A stretch of DNA of 64,000 nt from the human T2T-CHM13v2.0 reference genome, Homo sapiens, in the NCBI RefSeq assembly GCF_009914755.1, contig NC_060934.1. One strand, 5' to 3'. The position numbers and the translations under genes are program-made. Below are positions 17,501-49,280 of this stretch, one piece after another (the first letter of the stretch is position 1; each line of letters opens with the position of its first letter). The notes under the pieces are model-generated. The model was not told the origin of the DNA and ran no database searches. It saw nothing but the letters and a program-made list of their open reading frames with translations.

Positions 17501-17996
17501 CATGAATCAACTTACGTTTAAAATTTAGAATTACATCTCATTTGAATCTCTTTTTCTCAGCTGAGTGCAAAAGAGTGCAACCAGGATGAAAAGAGTTCTA
17601 GAGAGGTGACATGAGAGGACTTCTCGAAAGATCCCTTGTCTTGAGAAAACTTAAGTACTGGCGGAGTGGGAAATGGGATCAGGGAGGCGGGGTAGCACAT
17701 GTTATAGCGGTTTCCAGATACTGAGCGGCTGTCATACAGAAGAGAGACTACATTTGCTTTACTCCCAAGGATAAAACTAGGAACAATTAGAGGGAGCTGA
17801 AGAGATGAAGCTTTTAGATCAATAAAAAACAAACAAACAAACAAAAACACACACACAGCAAACCAAAACGTTCCATCAAATAGAGTATCTAAAAGACGAT
17901 CTCATTAGATGGTGTCATTCCACAGAGGTGGAATGACAGTCTGTCAGGCACACTGGGGAACAAATTCCTAAACAGGATTAGAAGTTTACTAACACA

Positions 17997-18431
<435 letters not shown>

Positions 18432-18752
18432 TTATAATTAATATATTTTTAAAATTGATCTGTTTTGCTAATGATTTAGAAATAACTGTACAATAGTTTG
18501 GAGATATTAAGTGACTGGAGAATGGTATATAAGAAGCACATTTAGTGCTTTTTAGGTGCTAGATCCTAATCTACTCCGTAGGCTTTGAAACAGACCTACA
18601 GGACAGAATGTGAAGTAGTATAATATGTTCTCAGGCTGACATTTCTGTTAATGGTGTTTATCTTTATGGCTCCTTTTAGCAACATGGATGGTAAATGTAA
18701 TTGGTAGAAATGTATAATCACAGCCAGAGGATATTATTAAATAAGAAAAATA

Positions 18753-18986
18753 CAGATGCTTCTCCTCTTAATGAGGTTATGCCCCAATAAACCCATTGTA
18801 AGTTGAAAATATCGTGAGTCAAAATTGCATTGAATACACTAACCTATCAAACATCATAGCTTAGCCTAGCCAACCAGAAACATGCTCAGAACACTTCAAT
18901 TAGCCTCTAGTTGGGAAAATTCATTTAACACAAAGCTTATTTTATAATAAAATGTTGAATGCCTCATGTAATTAATTAAATACTGT
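18753..18986 (+). mobile_element. MER47-like Tigger MITE, right end missing
   Basis: 'ta|cagatgcttctc...aaacccattgtaagttgaaaatatcg...catagcttagcctagcc'; homologous copy at 63834-64000. Confidence 0.75.
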
Positions 18987-19393
<407 letters not shown>

Positions 19394-19989
19394 AGGACAC
19401 TGTTTTCTGTCAGGTACCTTGATAGTTACTTCCAGCTCCAAAATCTCATGCTAATTAAGTTAAGAAACTCTCAAAGTTTTTTCCCAAAGTTTTCTCCATA
19501 AATGCTAGATTAACTTTGTTTTTAATTTTCTTCTCAGGATTCAGTATAGTTAGAAAGAAAAGTGAAAATAATGTAGAAAGGGTAAGAAGAGTATTTCTTA
19601 CCTTAATTTGCCAAACTTTCATTATAATAAACCTCTTATTTTCCAGTATTAGACAATTATTGCCCTCTGCTACTTATCAACTGTGAACTCTTAAGCAACG
19701 GATTTGTCCTTTTTATACCTAAAGTTTTTGATTTTCAAAATCAGGATTAGAATATCTACTTTCAGGTTTATGATGAGAATTTACTACGATAATCTATGTA
19801 AAAGGACCTCACACAGTGATGAGCCTATATTGGGACTAAATGCCCACTTACTTTATTTTTTCTTCCAACTACGTACTTAAAAATATTCTATTCAACATAT
19901 TTTTATTTTTCAGGTTTAGTCAATGCTTCTGCAGATGCTTTTCGGAAAGTCTGGTTACTGGTGAACTTACTTTTTTCATTACCTTAGAT

Positions 19990-20320
19990 ATTTTTTAAAA
20001 TTACGGTAAAATATGCAAACATGAAATTTACTATCTTAACTATTTGTAAGTGTACAGTTCAATATTATTAAGTATATTCACATCGTTGTGCAACCAATTT
20101 GCAGAACTTTTTCATCTTGCAAAATCGAGGCTCTATACCCATTAAATAAGTCCCCATTCCTCCCTACCCTCAGCTTTATTTTCTCTTTCTATGAAATTGA
20201 TTACTCTAGATCCTTATGTAAGCAGAATCATATAGTATTTGTCTTTTTGTGACTGGCTTATTTCACTTGGTGTAATGTCCTCAAGGTGCATCCATGTTGC
20301 GGCATGTGTCAGAATATCCT
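19990..20320 (-). mobile_element. L1MB-like 3' end
   Basis: 'aaatttactatcttaactatttgtaagtgtacagttca...'; tggtgaactta flanks both sides. Confidence 0.75.
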
Positions 20321-21294
20321 TGGTGAACTTAATTTTAAAAATAAACTTTCTATGATGTGCTTGCTAAAATTTCCAGATTTCCTTTAATATTATATTTCTC
20401 CACGTATTGATAGATAATGATGCCCCCAATACCATATACTATTATTGTGAAACTGTAAAAAGTGAAATAGTGCCTAGAAGCAGCCTCTAGTCACTAACAC
20501 TATGCTTGTTATGAATATCCCACTTTGTTTTGTGTATGTACATGGGGTCATATTTATTACTCTGAATCAGCCAGTGTTCTCCTCCATAGGCTATTCTCTG
20601 TTAGCACTCTAGTTCAGAATTGTAGTAAGAAGTCTAATGAACAGAAAGGAATGCTGTAAAAAGCATATTTCAAACATTATTTAGACTATCTATTGATTCT
20701 GAGAATTCCTGAGCAACTTTAATTTAAAATGCTCATTTTCCCACTCAATGCCTCCTGTTACTAGATTCCTTTCTGGGCTCCACTTCAAGTCTTGCTTTCT
20801 GTGTTCTTTCTCTCTGTTTGGAATGTACAGCCTCCCAGAGTTCCTGGAACTCTTCCGAATGTGGTGATTTGGTTCTCCTCCAAGACCTTCACTGAATTCA
20901 GATGCACTGCTAACTTTCCCAGAGCTGGCCCCTTGAAATCAGGCAGAAGGCAGTCTTGGTGATTAGTAGAAAATACTCTTTTAGATTCAACATATGCAAC
21001 TACTTTTCACTTCTTTGTGGCTGTTGAACCTACTTCTTTTCTCCCTTTGCTTCATGGGGAAATGACCTGGTGGTTAGGGTGGAGTATGGAGCGAGATGAG
21101 TTGGAGAGGATTCTAGGAGGAGGGAGGATAACAAGGTGGGAGGAGTGTGATCCAGCTGTGGAGAAATCCCCAAATGTTGTCAAATGGGGTCAACATTTCT
21201 TGTAGAAATACACTCAATGTCTGTTACCACAGTTTCCTTGAATAATGTTCAATAGTTTTTAAAAATTAATTTATTAAAAATTTAAATTAATGAC

Positions 21295-21679
21295 TATCTT
21301 AGTCTGTTTTGTGCAGCTATAACCACAGAACAGGTTATTTATAATGAACAGAAATTTATGTGGTCACAATTCTGGTAGCTGGGGAGTCCAAGTGCATGGG
21401 ACCAGCATCCTGTGAGGGCCTTCATGTTGCCTTATCCCATAGCAATAGGTGGAAGGGGAAGAGAGTACAAGGAAAGAGCAAGAGAGGGCTGAACTCACTT
21501 TTATAACAAATCCAGTCTCGTGATAATGAACCCTGTCCTGTGATAACGATGTTAATGCATTCATGAGGGCAGATCCCTCATGATGTAATCACTCTTCAAG
21601 GTCCCATTTCTCGGCACTGTTGCATTGGAGATTAAGTTTTCAACACATGAACATTGGGGGACATATTCACACCATAGCA
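21295..21679 (-). mobile_element. MSTD-like MaLR solo LTR
   Basis: 'tcttagtctgttttgtgcagctataac...acatattcacaccatagca'. Confidence 0.8.
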
Positions 21680-21989
21680 TGACTTTTAAGCCTGGCTGTC
21701 TCCTGTATTTCAACTTTTTCACTTTCTTTTAATTCATTTGTCTTTTAGGCTAGCCACAAGATATATTTTCCTTATCTGGAATAATTTCCCCAAGTTCCCC
21801 TTCTACCATCCCATAGCCTCATGTTCTTTAAAAGTCACCTATTAGTGGATGATTAGATGCAGAAAAAAGTCAGCTATAACTCACTTAACTTCAGGGACCC
21901 TCCCCTGATTAAAAGGTACTACTCTATAAAGTGATTTCCTATTTACAAGGAGGTGAATTTTAATTCACACAAGAGATAGTTTGATTAAA

Positions 21990-28410
<6,421 letters not shown>

Positions 28411-28439
28411 AAAGCCTAAAAGATTTATCGTTGAGACTG

Positions 28440-28758
28440 TTTTTTAAATTTTATTTTATTTTTATTTTTTTTAGAAACAGTTCGTCACTTTTACCCAGGC
28501 TGGAGGACACTGGCACAATCATAGCTTACTGCAGCTTCCAATTCCTGGGCTCAAGCAATTCTCCCATCTCAGCCTTCTGTGTAGCTGGGGGACTACAGGT
28601 GCACACCACCGCATCCAGCTAATTTTTGTATTATTTTTGTAAAGACAGGGTCTTCCTATGTTGTCCAGGCTGGTCTTGAACTCCTGGCCTCAAGTGATCC
28701 TTCTGCCTCATCTTCCCAAAGTGCCAGGATTACAGGCATGAGCCACTGCACCTGGCCC
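28440..28758 (-). mobile_element. AluJ
   Basis: Antisense Alu dimer; TSD ttgagact(g/a)ttttt. Confidence 0.85.
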
Positions 28759-28844
28759 TTTGAGACTATTTTTAAAATCTATCACTCCTTAACAAATCTT
28801 CATTTTTTGGGTAATTCTTGTATTCAGTTATTGTATTATTGATT

Positions 28845-29740
<896 letters not shown>

Positions 29741-30390
29741 CTGCCTCCATTTTTGTGCCATTGGACTTCTTTCTCTATAATCATCCAACATAATCTTTCA
29801 AAAACCTGACCTAAATCTGAGCCTGTTACTGTTAATGATTGCATTTGGCCTTTGGATAAGTCCTTCCTTTCTTACCATGACCCTTCACAAAGAAGGCCCA
29901 AGGTCCCTCTCCGAACTAATCCATTACCATGCAGCCCCTCATACACTACAGTCCAACCATACCGATTTTGTACATGATATTCCTTCTGCCTCGGACATTC
30001 TCATTTTGGTCCTTTTCCTTTTCTTCCCCAGCACCTGCTTCCCCAGCAAGAGTTCCTTGGTGGCAAACTCTATGTCAACGTTTTGGTTGTAACCTAACCA
30101 TCTTTTCTGGGAGGCCAAATCTCTTTTCTTAGATTAGGTTTTCCTGTTATTTGACTCAGCTTTAGATTAGATTACATTAGGTTTTCTTGCTATTTCCTTT
30201 TTCTTGCACCCCACCTTTTCCGAGTTTTAACATTCATCATATTTTATTTAATCACTTACTTAGTTTTCTCTTTTTCCAAATAGACTATCAACTCGAAGAG
30301 GGTAGTTGGCTGTTTTCTCTGACCACCTTGTCTAAGTGCCTAACACAATTCCCATTGCTTAGTGACCCTAAATCAATATTTGTTGAATAA
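29741..30390 (+). mobile_element. L2 3' portion
   Basis: Ends 'gtgcctaacaca...aatatttgttgaataa'. Confidence 0.65.
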
Positions 30391-30502
30391 ACTGTAAAAA
30401 TGGGCATTTTGTAAAATTTAAGAAAGGTTGGCAACATTACCAACTGTTTAATGATTCATAGAGTCATTTTTTTTTTTGTAAATTGTATTTAGTATATGTA
30501 AT

Positions 30503-32002
<1,500 letters not shown>

Positions 32003-32824
32003 GATACTGTTAAATTGCTTTCCAAAAGGGCTTTACTAATTGGTTCTCTCATGAAGTATGCATAAGTCTTCCTTTCCCGAAATTCTTGCTAACACTGGAT
32101 ATTATCAAGACTTTACATTTTCGCTAATGGTTCCTTAAGAAGCTCTTGCAAAATAAATAAAATAAAATAAAAATTTGCCAGTTTGATAGGTATAAAGTGA
32201 TATATCACTCTTGTTTTAGTTTGCATTTTTACAATTTTTAGAGAACTTGAACATCTTATGTTTATTCTGTATTTGAATTTCTTCTGTGAATTGTTGATTG
32301 CTCATTTTTTTTACTGAGTTGTCTTTTTAGAAGCTCTTTATATATTCTTTGCCAGTTACATATGTTGCAAATATGTCTTCTACTTGTCTTTTAATGTTTT
32401 AAAGGATATCATGCAACAAATAGAATTTTTAAAGTGTCATGTAATTTGATCTTTTCACATTTTTCTTGATGGTTTTTGAGCTCACAGTGTTTTTAGAAGG
32501 CATCTTTATCCCAAGTAATGTTATAAAAATATTATATTAATTTTTCTTCTAATAATTTATGGTTAATTAGCATTTTATGTTTTAATCCATTTAGAACTTT
32601 TTATGTGCTATGTGGTAGAAATACAACTTAATTTATTCCCCAAATGGTAGTTGCACATTCCCTAGCCATTTATTGAATTGTACATTCTTTCATCAGTGAT
32701 TCCAAATGCTATATTTTTATAACTAAAAAGTCTTATATATACATGGGTCTGTTTTGGGCTTTATATTCCATTTTCTGATTTATTTGTTAATGCCTTTTCC
32801 AAATTTCATGTTTTTTAAAACAGT

Positions 32825-35780
<2,956 letters not shown>

Positions 35781-35817
35781 TGTATATACCCATGTAACCA
35801 CCATCCCTACTAAAATA

Positions 35818-39178
<3,361 letters not shown>

Positions 39179-39309
39179 TATAAAACAAACACCCTAGAAA
39201 ATGGCCTGGCAGCTTTTTACAAAAAGTCAAATATATACCTACTATACACCTGAGCATTCACCCACTGAATAATTTTAAGCAGAGTATGATCATGTGGAGA
39301 TTTTTTGTA

Positions 39310-39860
39310 TTTTTAATTAAAAAATTAACGTGCAGTAAAATGGACTTTTTGCTGTACAGTTATATGAATTTTAACACATGCATGAAATATAACCAACATG
39401 AATCTGGATACAGAACAGTGCCATAACCCCCCCAAACTTCCTCGTTCTATCCTTTTATAGTCACACTCTCTCCCACCTCCAATCCCTGGAAGATACTGAT
39501 TAGTTCTTCATTACCACAGTTTTGTATTTTTGAGAACGTCATGTCAATGCAATCATATAGTATGTAACCTTTTGAGACTGGGTCCTTTCACTCAGTGTAA
39601 TGCCTTTGAGTTTCATCCAAATTGTTCTGCATATCAAAAATTCATTCCTTTTTTTATTGCACAGTATTCCATTGTAATAATATACCATAGTTTACTTATT
39701 CATCTGTTGATGCACATTTTTAAAAATTTGAAAGCTGTCCAGTTTATCAATTTTCAGATGGTTAGTAATTTTTGTCTTGTCAAAAAAAAGTTGCCTATGC
39801 CGAGGTCATTAATATATTCACCTATGTTTTCTTTACACTTTTTGCTTTCATAGCTTTATG
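39310..39860 (-). mobile_element. L1MC/L1MD 3' end fragment
   Basis: 'gtacagttatatgaattttaacacatgca...gatacagaacagt'. Confidence 0.7.
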
Positions 39861-39879
39861 TTTTTTTGTTTTTATGGCT

Positions 39880-42710
<2,831 letters not shown>

Positions 42711-42977
42711 AGGAAAATAAAAAATTTAAGGAGGTGCTCACTCTCAGGTTTTGCAAGTGCAGGCTCAGCACCTAACAGTGAGTGCTTAGATTTTTCATAG
42801 GAGATGCCCTGCTTGCCTCACCAAAGTCCTGTCTCTGTCCCTGTGGGTCAAGCTTTCTGGACCACCCCTGACCTTGTTGGTTGTTAAGGTAACTCAAGTT
42901 ACTCCTATATTTTGTTCTAGAACCTTTATAGATTTAGGTTTTACATTTGGGTCTATGTGTGAATATATTTATGGAGG

Positions 42978-44990
42978 TGTTGGGAGATAATTCTCCATAG
43001 ATCTTCTGTTTTTGCATATCTTCTGAGCAATTGTATTCGTAGCTTTTTTCTAGACTGTCTTTTCAAGAATGTCTGTATAGCAAACAGCTTTGGAAAATAT
43101 AGTGTCTCCCTCTGGGGAAGAAGGCAGGTTTGTTGGCTGTTCATGATAATAAAGACAATGTCTTCCACTGGAAAAAGGTTGAAAAGGTTTTCTAGCAAGG
43201 GTTTTAGAAAATATTGGGGTTTCCTAAATAGGGTTGCTCTTGGGTAATGCAACTCACTGAGTGTGCTCTGTGGGAATCAGGGCTTGAAGAACTAGCACAA
43301 ATGTTGTTACTCTGATTACTGCTATTGCTCTGATTAATAAATTGTTCTTTATCCCTGGCCCAGGAATCTCATATCTCCTGCCAGTGTCTATGAATTTGTG
43401 CCATGCTAACTTGTTTTCTAGCAAGGTAAAATTACAGACTCTTACTATTCTTACCATTTTTGGTAATAAAGATGGAATACTGACAAGACATGGCTTTCTG
43501 GAATAAGAAAGACAAGAGCCTTCCAATAGTTCAGTGATAATTTGAGGGAAGTCTGTAGGATTTAGTAGCAGCCATATTATTCAAACTGTCTAGTCAATCA
43601 AGCAATAAGTGATCCTCCCCTCTTTCATTCTCTGCTACCAAGGAGGAACTAGGGAGATGGCTGCAGGCTGAGTACTGGAAAATAGGTTCATTGAGGTGGG
43701 GGCAGGAGGGTCGATCTGATGGTCAGTGTCACTCCCATCCCATTGTAACAACGAGAACTAAGATCCATTCTGGGTTAGAGTAAGGTTCTGATCCTTTTCA
43801 GAAAATAGTTACAGAGATATGCACCTCTAAATGCAAAAGGAGAGGATTTGGGACTGCTATGGACAGAAATTTTGCAAATCTTAAGAACTTTGGCTTGTTA
43901 GCTTGGGAGATGAGGGAGAGAGGTGCACAATGTTTGTTAAGGAGGAATGGCAACAGCAATGGCAACCTCTTATAGCTCAACTCCTCCTGAATTCTATCAG
44001 GCCAATATTAGATCTTTTTGAAGATGACAGTACGAGTTTTCTTGGAGTAGGCGCTGGCTGCTGTAAGTGTACCTGGCCCTCTCAGTAAGAGATTCCTGAG
44101 ACAGAGAACCTGCCACGGGAAACCAGAGATGAAGCAATGTCTAGTATTCAGGCCCTTACTATCCTGCTTTGGGTTGATACTCTCCACCTAGTCCCCTGAC
44201 ACTGACCCATAAAAGCCACAAGTGAGGGACATAATGGGTTTTTATATGTTTTATAAAAATTCCCTTGTCACTCTTGCTCTTGACTGACTGTTCCAGATGA
44301 AAATTTTAGGTGAGATTAGAAGCATGATTGGAAAGAGGTTATAGTTACTAGAATGGGACACATTAATTTTGTGGCAGTGTTAGAGAGAGAGAGACAGAGA
44401 GAGAGAGACTGAGACCTAAGCACTTGGAAAGGCACTGGGGGATAAAGGGACATTAGTATTAATATTCTTTTGTCTTTTAGAACTGATCCTGGAGCTTTCC
44501 CTCACAAAGGAAAATGCCCTGCTGCAGCTTTTGCAAACTGTTTCAAGTCCTTGAATTTAACTGATTCCTGGGTCTGTTATCCTCTGTTAGATGGCTTTGA
44601 CCACAATTTGATTACTATTCTCTTATTCTTTCTGAGAAGTCTATTAGAAACAGCAGTGAATGGTCTCAGCTTCTTCATTTTCCATGCAAAAACTTGTCAA
44701 CAGCTTGTATGTATTGCCTGTAGATAGTCCCATAGCTGTCACTTAGGTATTTTGTGGTGGTGGATGAAACAGGATAGGAAAGATTGGACTGACTTCCATC
44801 ATGTGGTACCTACAAAAACAAGGACGCTCAATTATTCAAACTGAACTGGGAATCCTAAGGTGTATTGTTGATTGGGAGGCCATGTTGGAGGCATGGTCAA
44901 CCTGTGCCTCATGAGTAATATGAGTGCCATTTTGGTGGAGGTAGGGGGAAAGGGGATACCCAATAAATGCAAACAAGACTTTATTTCCAG
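42978..44990 (+). mobile_element. ERV1-class LTR (MER90-like, 42978-43456) followed by probable internal sequence
   Basis: tgttgggagataattctccat...aataaa...cttacca, then a tttttgg PBS-like start; subfamily uncertain. Confidence 0.6.
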
Positions 44991-45019
44991 GGCACTCAAT
45001 GCTCCCTGACTATACTTCT

Positions 45020-46975
45020 TGTAATGTATACCTCCAATTTTGTTTTTCTTTTAAAAAGTCATTCTGGCTATTGCAGATCCTTCCTATTTCCAAATGAACT
45101 TTAGCGTCAGGTTGCAAATTGCTTCACAAAAGCCTGATGGTAGTTTCAATGGAATTGCATTGGATTTATAGATCAATTTGGGGAGAACTGACATCCTAAC
45201 ATTATTAAATCTTCTGATTCATGAACACAGTGTATCTTCATTTATTTAGGTCTTTTTATTTTCTCTCAGCAATTTTTTGTAGTTATCACTGTAACTTTTT
45301 ACCTTATTGAGTGCTGGAAGGTTTTGTATGCCTATAAATATTCTTGAGCTGTGTTTTGGGTCTCAGCTAAGTTACTGGAAACATTCAATCCTTTCAGATC
45401 TTACTTTTAAGCTTTGTTTGACAGGTCCAGAGGAGTGTTTAGTGTAAGACTGTTTTTGAACCCTTCCTGAGGCAAAACCCTTTTGAGCACTTTACTCACT
45501 GCCCCTTAAATTATAAAACTTTTGACTCTAGCTGGTGGTAACATGAAATATTCTGAGCACTGAGTATCATATCCTATCATGGCACTGAGTGTCATATCCT
45601 ATCATGCTTCCACGTGGTTCTTTCCCTGGCCATGGATAGTTTTCATACATGTATACAGTGATCATTACCCAGTTGAAGACTAAAGGGGTCCCCTGAAGAT
45701 TTATGGAGCTCTCTTTGTTCTTTAATTTCTTCTCTCGGATTCTCTCCTTTGAACTCTAGCTTCCTTGGCCTTCCTGGACACCTCCTTCCCTCAACTCAGA
45801 GACCGCTAGAAGCTGCCTGGGTTTTCTGTTCTTTGTATCATGACTTGGAACCACCTGTCTTCAGGGAGTAAGCTTAGGAAATAATAGGGATCATCTTAAA
45901 TTTGTTTCCTGTTATGCAGGGGTCATTATCATTATCTGATAACCGAGGTATAAAAATTCATTGTTTCATATATTTTGTCTGATTCTTTACTTATTCCAGA
46001 CAGGAGGATAAACCCAGTTGCTGTTACTCCATCTTGGCTGGAAGCAGAACCCTTCACATAAACCCAGTTGCTGTTACTCCATCTTGGCTGGAAGCAGAAC
46101 CCTTCACATTATCCCTTGAAGGATAATATGTATGGTATGTGTCCATGGCACAAAGTCTATGATTTAATTTAAATTAACTTTCAGGTATGGCACGAGGCAG
46201 GGGTCATGGATAATTTTTTTTCTCTCAATGATATCAGCTTTCATTTTCATTGTTGGAAAGATTTTTCTTTCCCCATTGAAGTGCACTGGCACTGTTTAAA
46301 ATCAATTGACTTTATATATGTGGATATATTTCTTAACCCTCTATTTGTTCCATTTTTGTCTAACTTCGTGTAATATACTATTTTACTATAACTTTATAAC
46401 TCTTGAAAACCTGTAGTATATGTCATTTAAATATTTGCTTATTTTTTTCAAGATTGTTTTGGCTCTAGCCTTTTTCATTTCCATATAAATTGCAAAATTA
46501 TTTTCCCAATTTCTAGAAAATAATCTTCTTGGATTTTGATCATAAACGCATTTAATGTGTAGATAAATATTGATAGACATAGACTTAAAAAGTTGACATT
46601 TTAGCAATATTGGGTCTTCTAATCCATTAATATGGTACATAATCTCCATTAATTTGGATCTTCTTTAATTTCTCTCAGTAATGTTATATAGTTTTCATTG
46701 TAGATGTCTGGAAATTGTATGTTGTCTGGGAATACAGCTTTATTTCTTTCATTGAAATCATTATGCCTTTATTTCTTTTTCTTGCCTTATTGCACTTGTT
46801 AAGACCTCCAGTATAATACTGAATAGACATAGTGAGAGCAAATATCCTTGCCTCCTTCCAATCTTAAGGAAAAATCAATTTTTCACTATTGAAAATGATG
46901 TTAGCTGGAGATAGTTCACAGATGTCCTTCATCAGATGAAAAAGTTCCTCTCTATTCATAAGTATTGTTTGTTTT
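45020..46975 (-). mobile_element. Old L1M fragments, including a 5' end near 46050
   Basis: ORF2-type antisense motifs; 'ctgttactccatcttggctggaag' 5'-terminal motif. Confidence 0.7.
46008..46107. repeat. Perfect 50-bp tandem duplication
   Basis: ataaacccagttgctgttactccatcttggctggaagcagaacccttcac x2. Confidence 0.95.
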
Positions 46976-47542
46976 CAAAGAATAATCGATTCATGTCACA
47001 GACTCAAACCACTGCAAAATTTGATATTACATGCTTAAATTTATTAACTTTTTAAACTTCTTTGCTTTACATTGTCAGCACTGATAACTTTTCTGTGGTT
47101 CTTAGCTGTGCTATTAAGGCCACAGATATGAATGGTGAACTTTTGGCTAGACTCATGCTGAGAGTTTTGCTAATGTATGCTAACTTGACAACTTGACCGT
47201 TAAGATTTTACCAACAAAATTAGAAATGACTAGATGTAATCTATTTTCAGGGTTCTAGAAAATAACTGAAATTGGCTTTGTCAAATCTAAGGTCTTCTTT
47301 AATCTCTCCTGACTTTTAGTTCTATCTTTCCTATCCCTTTCATTTACAACGGTTTTGGGAGATTTGGAATTTAGCAATTCAATTCTTTCTAAACTACTTT
47401 CTTAATTTTATTGCCAACTTTAAAAAATAAAAAATTGTTGGTGGAAAGCTTAATAAATCTGATCATTTATATGTACATTTTCTTTGTTACTGACATAAAA
47501 CACACATACTGAAAAGTGCATAAATAAGCATATGCCTTCATG

Positions 47543-47845
47543 TTTTTTTTTTTTTTTCTTTTTTAGATGGAGTCTCGCTCTGTTGCCCAGGCTGGAGCGC
47601 AATGGCACAATCTCGGCTCACTGCAACCTCCACCTCCTGGGTTCAAGTGATTCTCCTGCCTCAGCCTCCTAAGTAGCTGGGATTACAGGCACCCGCCATC
47701 ACGCCCAGCTAATTTTTGTATTTTTAGTAGAGATGGGGTTTCACCATGTTGGCCAGGCTAGTCTCGAACTCCTGACCTCGAGTGATGCACTGCCTCAGCC
47801 TCCCAAAGTGCTGGGATTACAGGTGCGAGCCACCACGCCCAGCCT
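47543..47845 (-). mobile_element. AluS
   Basis: Antisense Alu dimer; TSD tgccttcatg. Confidence 0.9.
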
Positions 47846-47953
47846 GCCTTCATGAATTTTTGAACACACCCAGAAAGAGCAGAAGACAGAACATTTCTGG
47901 TACACCAGAAGATGTGTTGTTTTCCCTTTCCAGGCAACCCCAATGGTAACTCC

Positions 47954-48290
47954 TAGTGGTGTGATGGAGCTAGCCTACACCAGCTCTTGGGAGCTGATAA
48001 ATTTTCAGGAATCTCTTGTGAGGCATTCAGATTTTACTGGAAAATTAGAAATAATTAGATATAATCAATTTTCAGAGTTTTAGAAAATAGTTGAAATCTA
48101 CTAAGTCAAATCTAAGGTCTCCTTTAAACCTCCTGGTTTTTAGTTTTAGTTCCATCTTTCCTATTCCTTTCATTTACACACAGGCATTATTAACAGTTAA
48201 ATTGTATCAATTAATATTTTAAAATATTAAAAACATTTTACTTCGTTCAACTTAAAGACAAAATTAATATATTTCTTGAGGTCAAATTAT
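47954..48290 (+). mobile_element. MER63-like hAT element fragment carrying a local 145-bp insert
   Basis: 'agtggtgtgatggagctagcctacaccagctc...aaattttcaggaat' resembles the MER63 terminus. Confidence 0.55.
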
Positions 48291-48579
48291 CTAAAAAACT
48301 CTACCTTGTAAAATTGCATCTTAAAGCAGTGCGTGGAAACTGATGGCAAGAAACCACTTAAGTGTCACAACTCTGCTTCAAGTTAATTCCTAGTCCATTT
48401 GATTTTGTTTTGCTTTTAAGATCACGAAGCTGGTGTACACTTCCGTGCGAGCTTAGAGTGGTAATGAACTCCACAATACACTGAAAAGAGCTTGAGGAGA
48501 CAGCAGATGAAGGACTGGGGCTCTGGTTTTGTAGCTGAAGCCCAGGTTCTCAAAGGTCCTACCAGGCCTGTACTTTATT

Positions 48580-49280
48580 TCTCCTCCGCGGGCCTCTAGG
48601 CCAAATGCCTGGATGAATCTGCGCTCAGGGGGCGTCCTGGAATTACACTTGGGAGAGAATAAGAAAGGAGGAGGCCGATGTGCCCATGGACATTATTAAC
48701 CTTCCGGCAAATCCCCACAGCCGCCAAACTGCGTCTCCTCTTCCGCTCTCGGCGCGCAGCTCACGCTCGCAGCGTCAGCGACGCCGGCGGCGCCAAGGCG
48801 TCGTGGCGTCGGGCGCCTGGGACGTGGCTTCAACGGCCCCATCCGGCGCCGGCGGCGGGTGCCCGGCGGTCTTTGCTGCCGCCCGGGGGCGCAGAGGCCG
48901 GGCCTTTTCTTTCAGCACAAACGTCAGTTTGTAAAAGGGAGGTGCTGGAGTCTGAGGAGTTTTCAGGCTTCCGTCTCGAAGGAAGTCTGGCAGGCTCGGA
49001 ATTGTCATCTTCCTCAGGCAAATAGTTTTTCACCTTAGAGCCAGCAAGGCCAAACCGCCCAGTCACCCGACTTCCCACAGTCTCAGCAGGTACACAGGGC
49101 GGGGAGCCTCGGGAGCGGCTCCCTTAGCAGGACCTGAGGGTTTCGGGAGAGTCCTGGCTTTGCACTTAGTTTTCCCGCTGCCTGGCTGCCTCCGTGGCGG
49201 TTGTGCTGCTTTTTATGCAGGATGTAGGATCGAAGGCAAATCATCCTTTCCCTACGTCCCCTGCCAACCCCTGCCGCTCT
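48580..49280 (+). promoter_or_regulatory. CpG-island promoter of CCDC7
   Basis: Only CpG-dense non-Alu stretch in the window; ETS-type cttccg(g) motifs and GC box gggcgggg (~49097); ~5 kb upstream of the ATG exon. Confidence 0.8.

Noticed and set aside
48678-49078. Four overlapping ORFs on both strands
   Set aside because: Expected from stop-codon scarcity in a GC-rich CpG island; Arg/Ala/Pro-rich with no recognisable domain.
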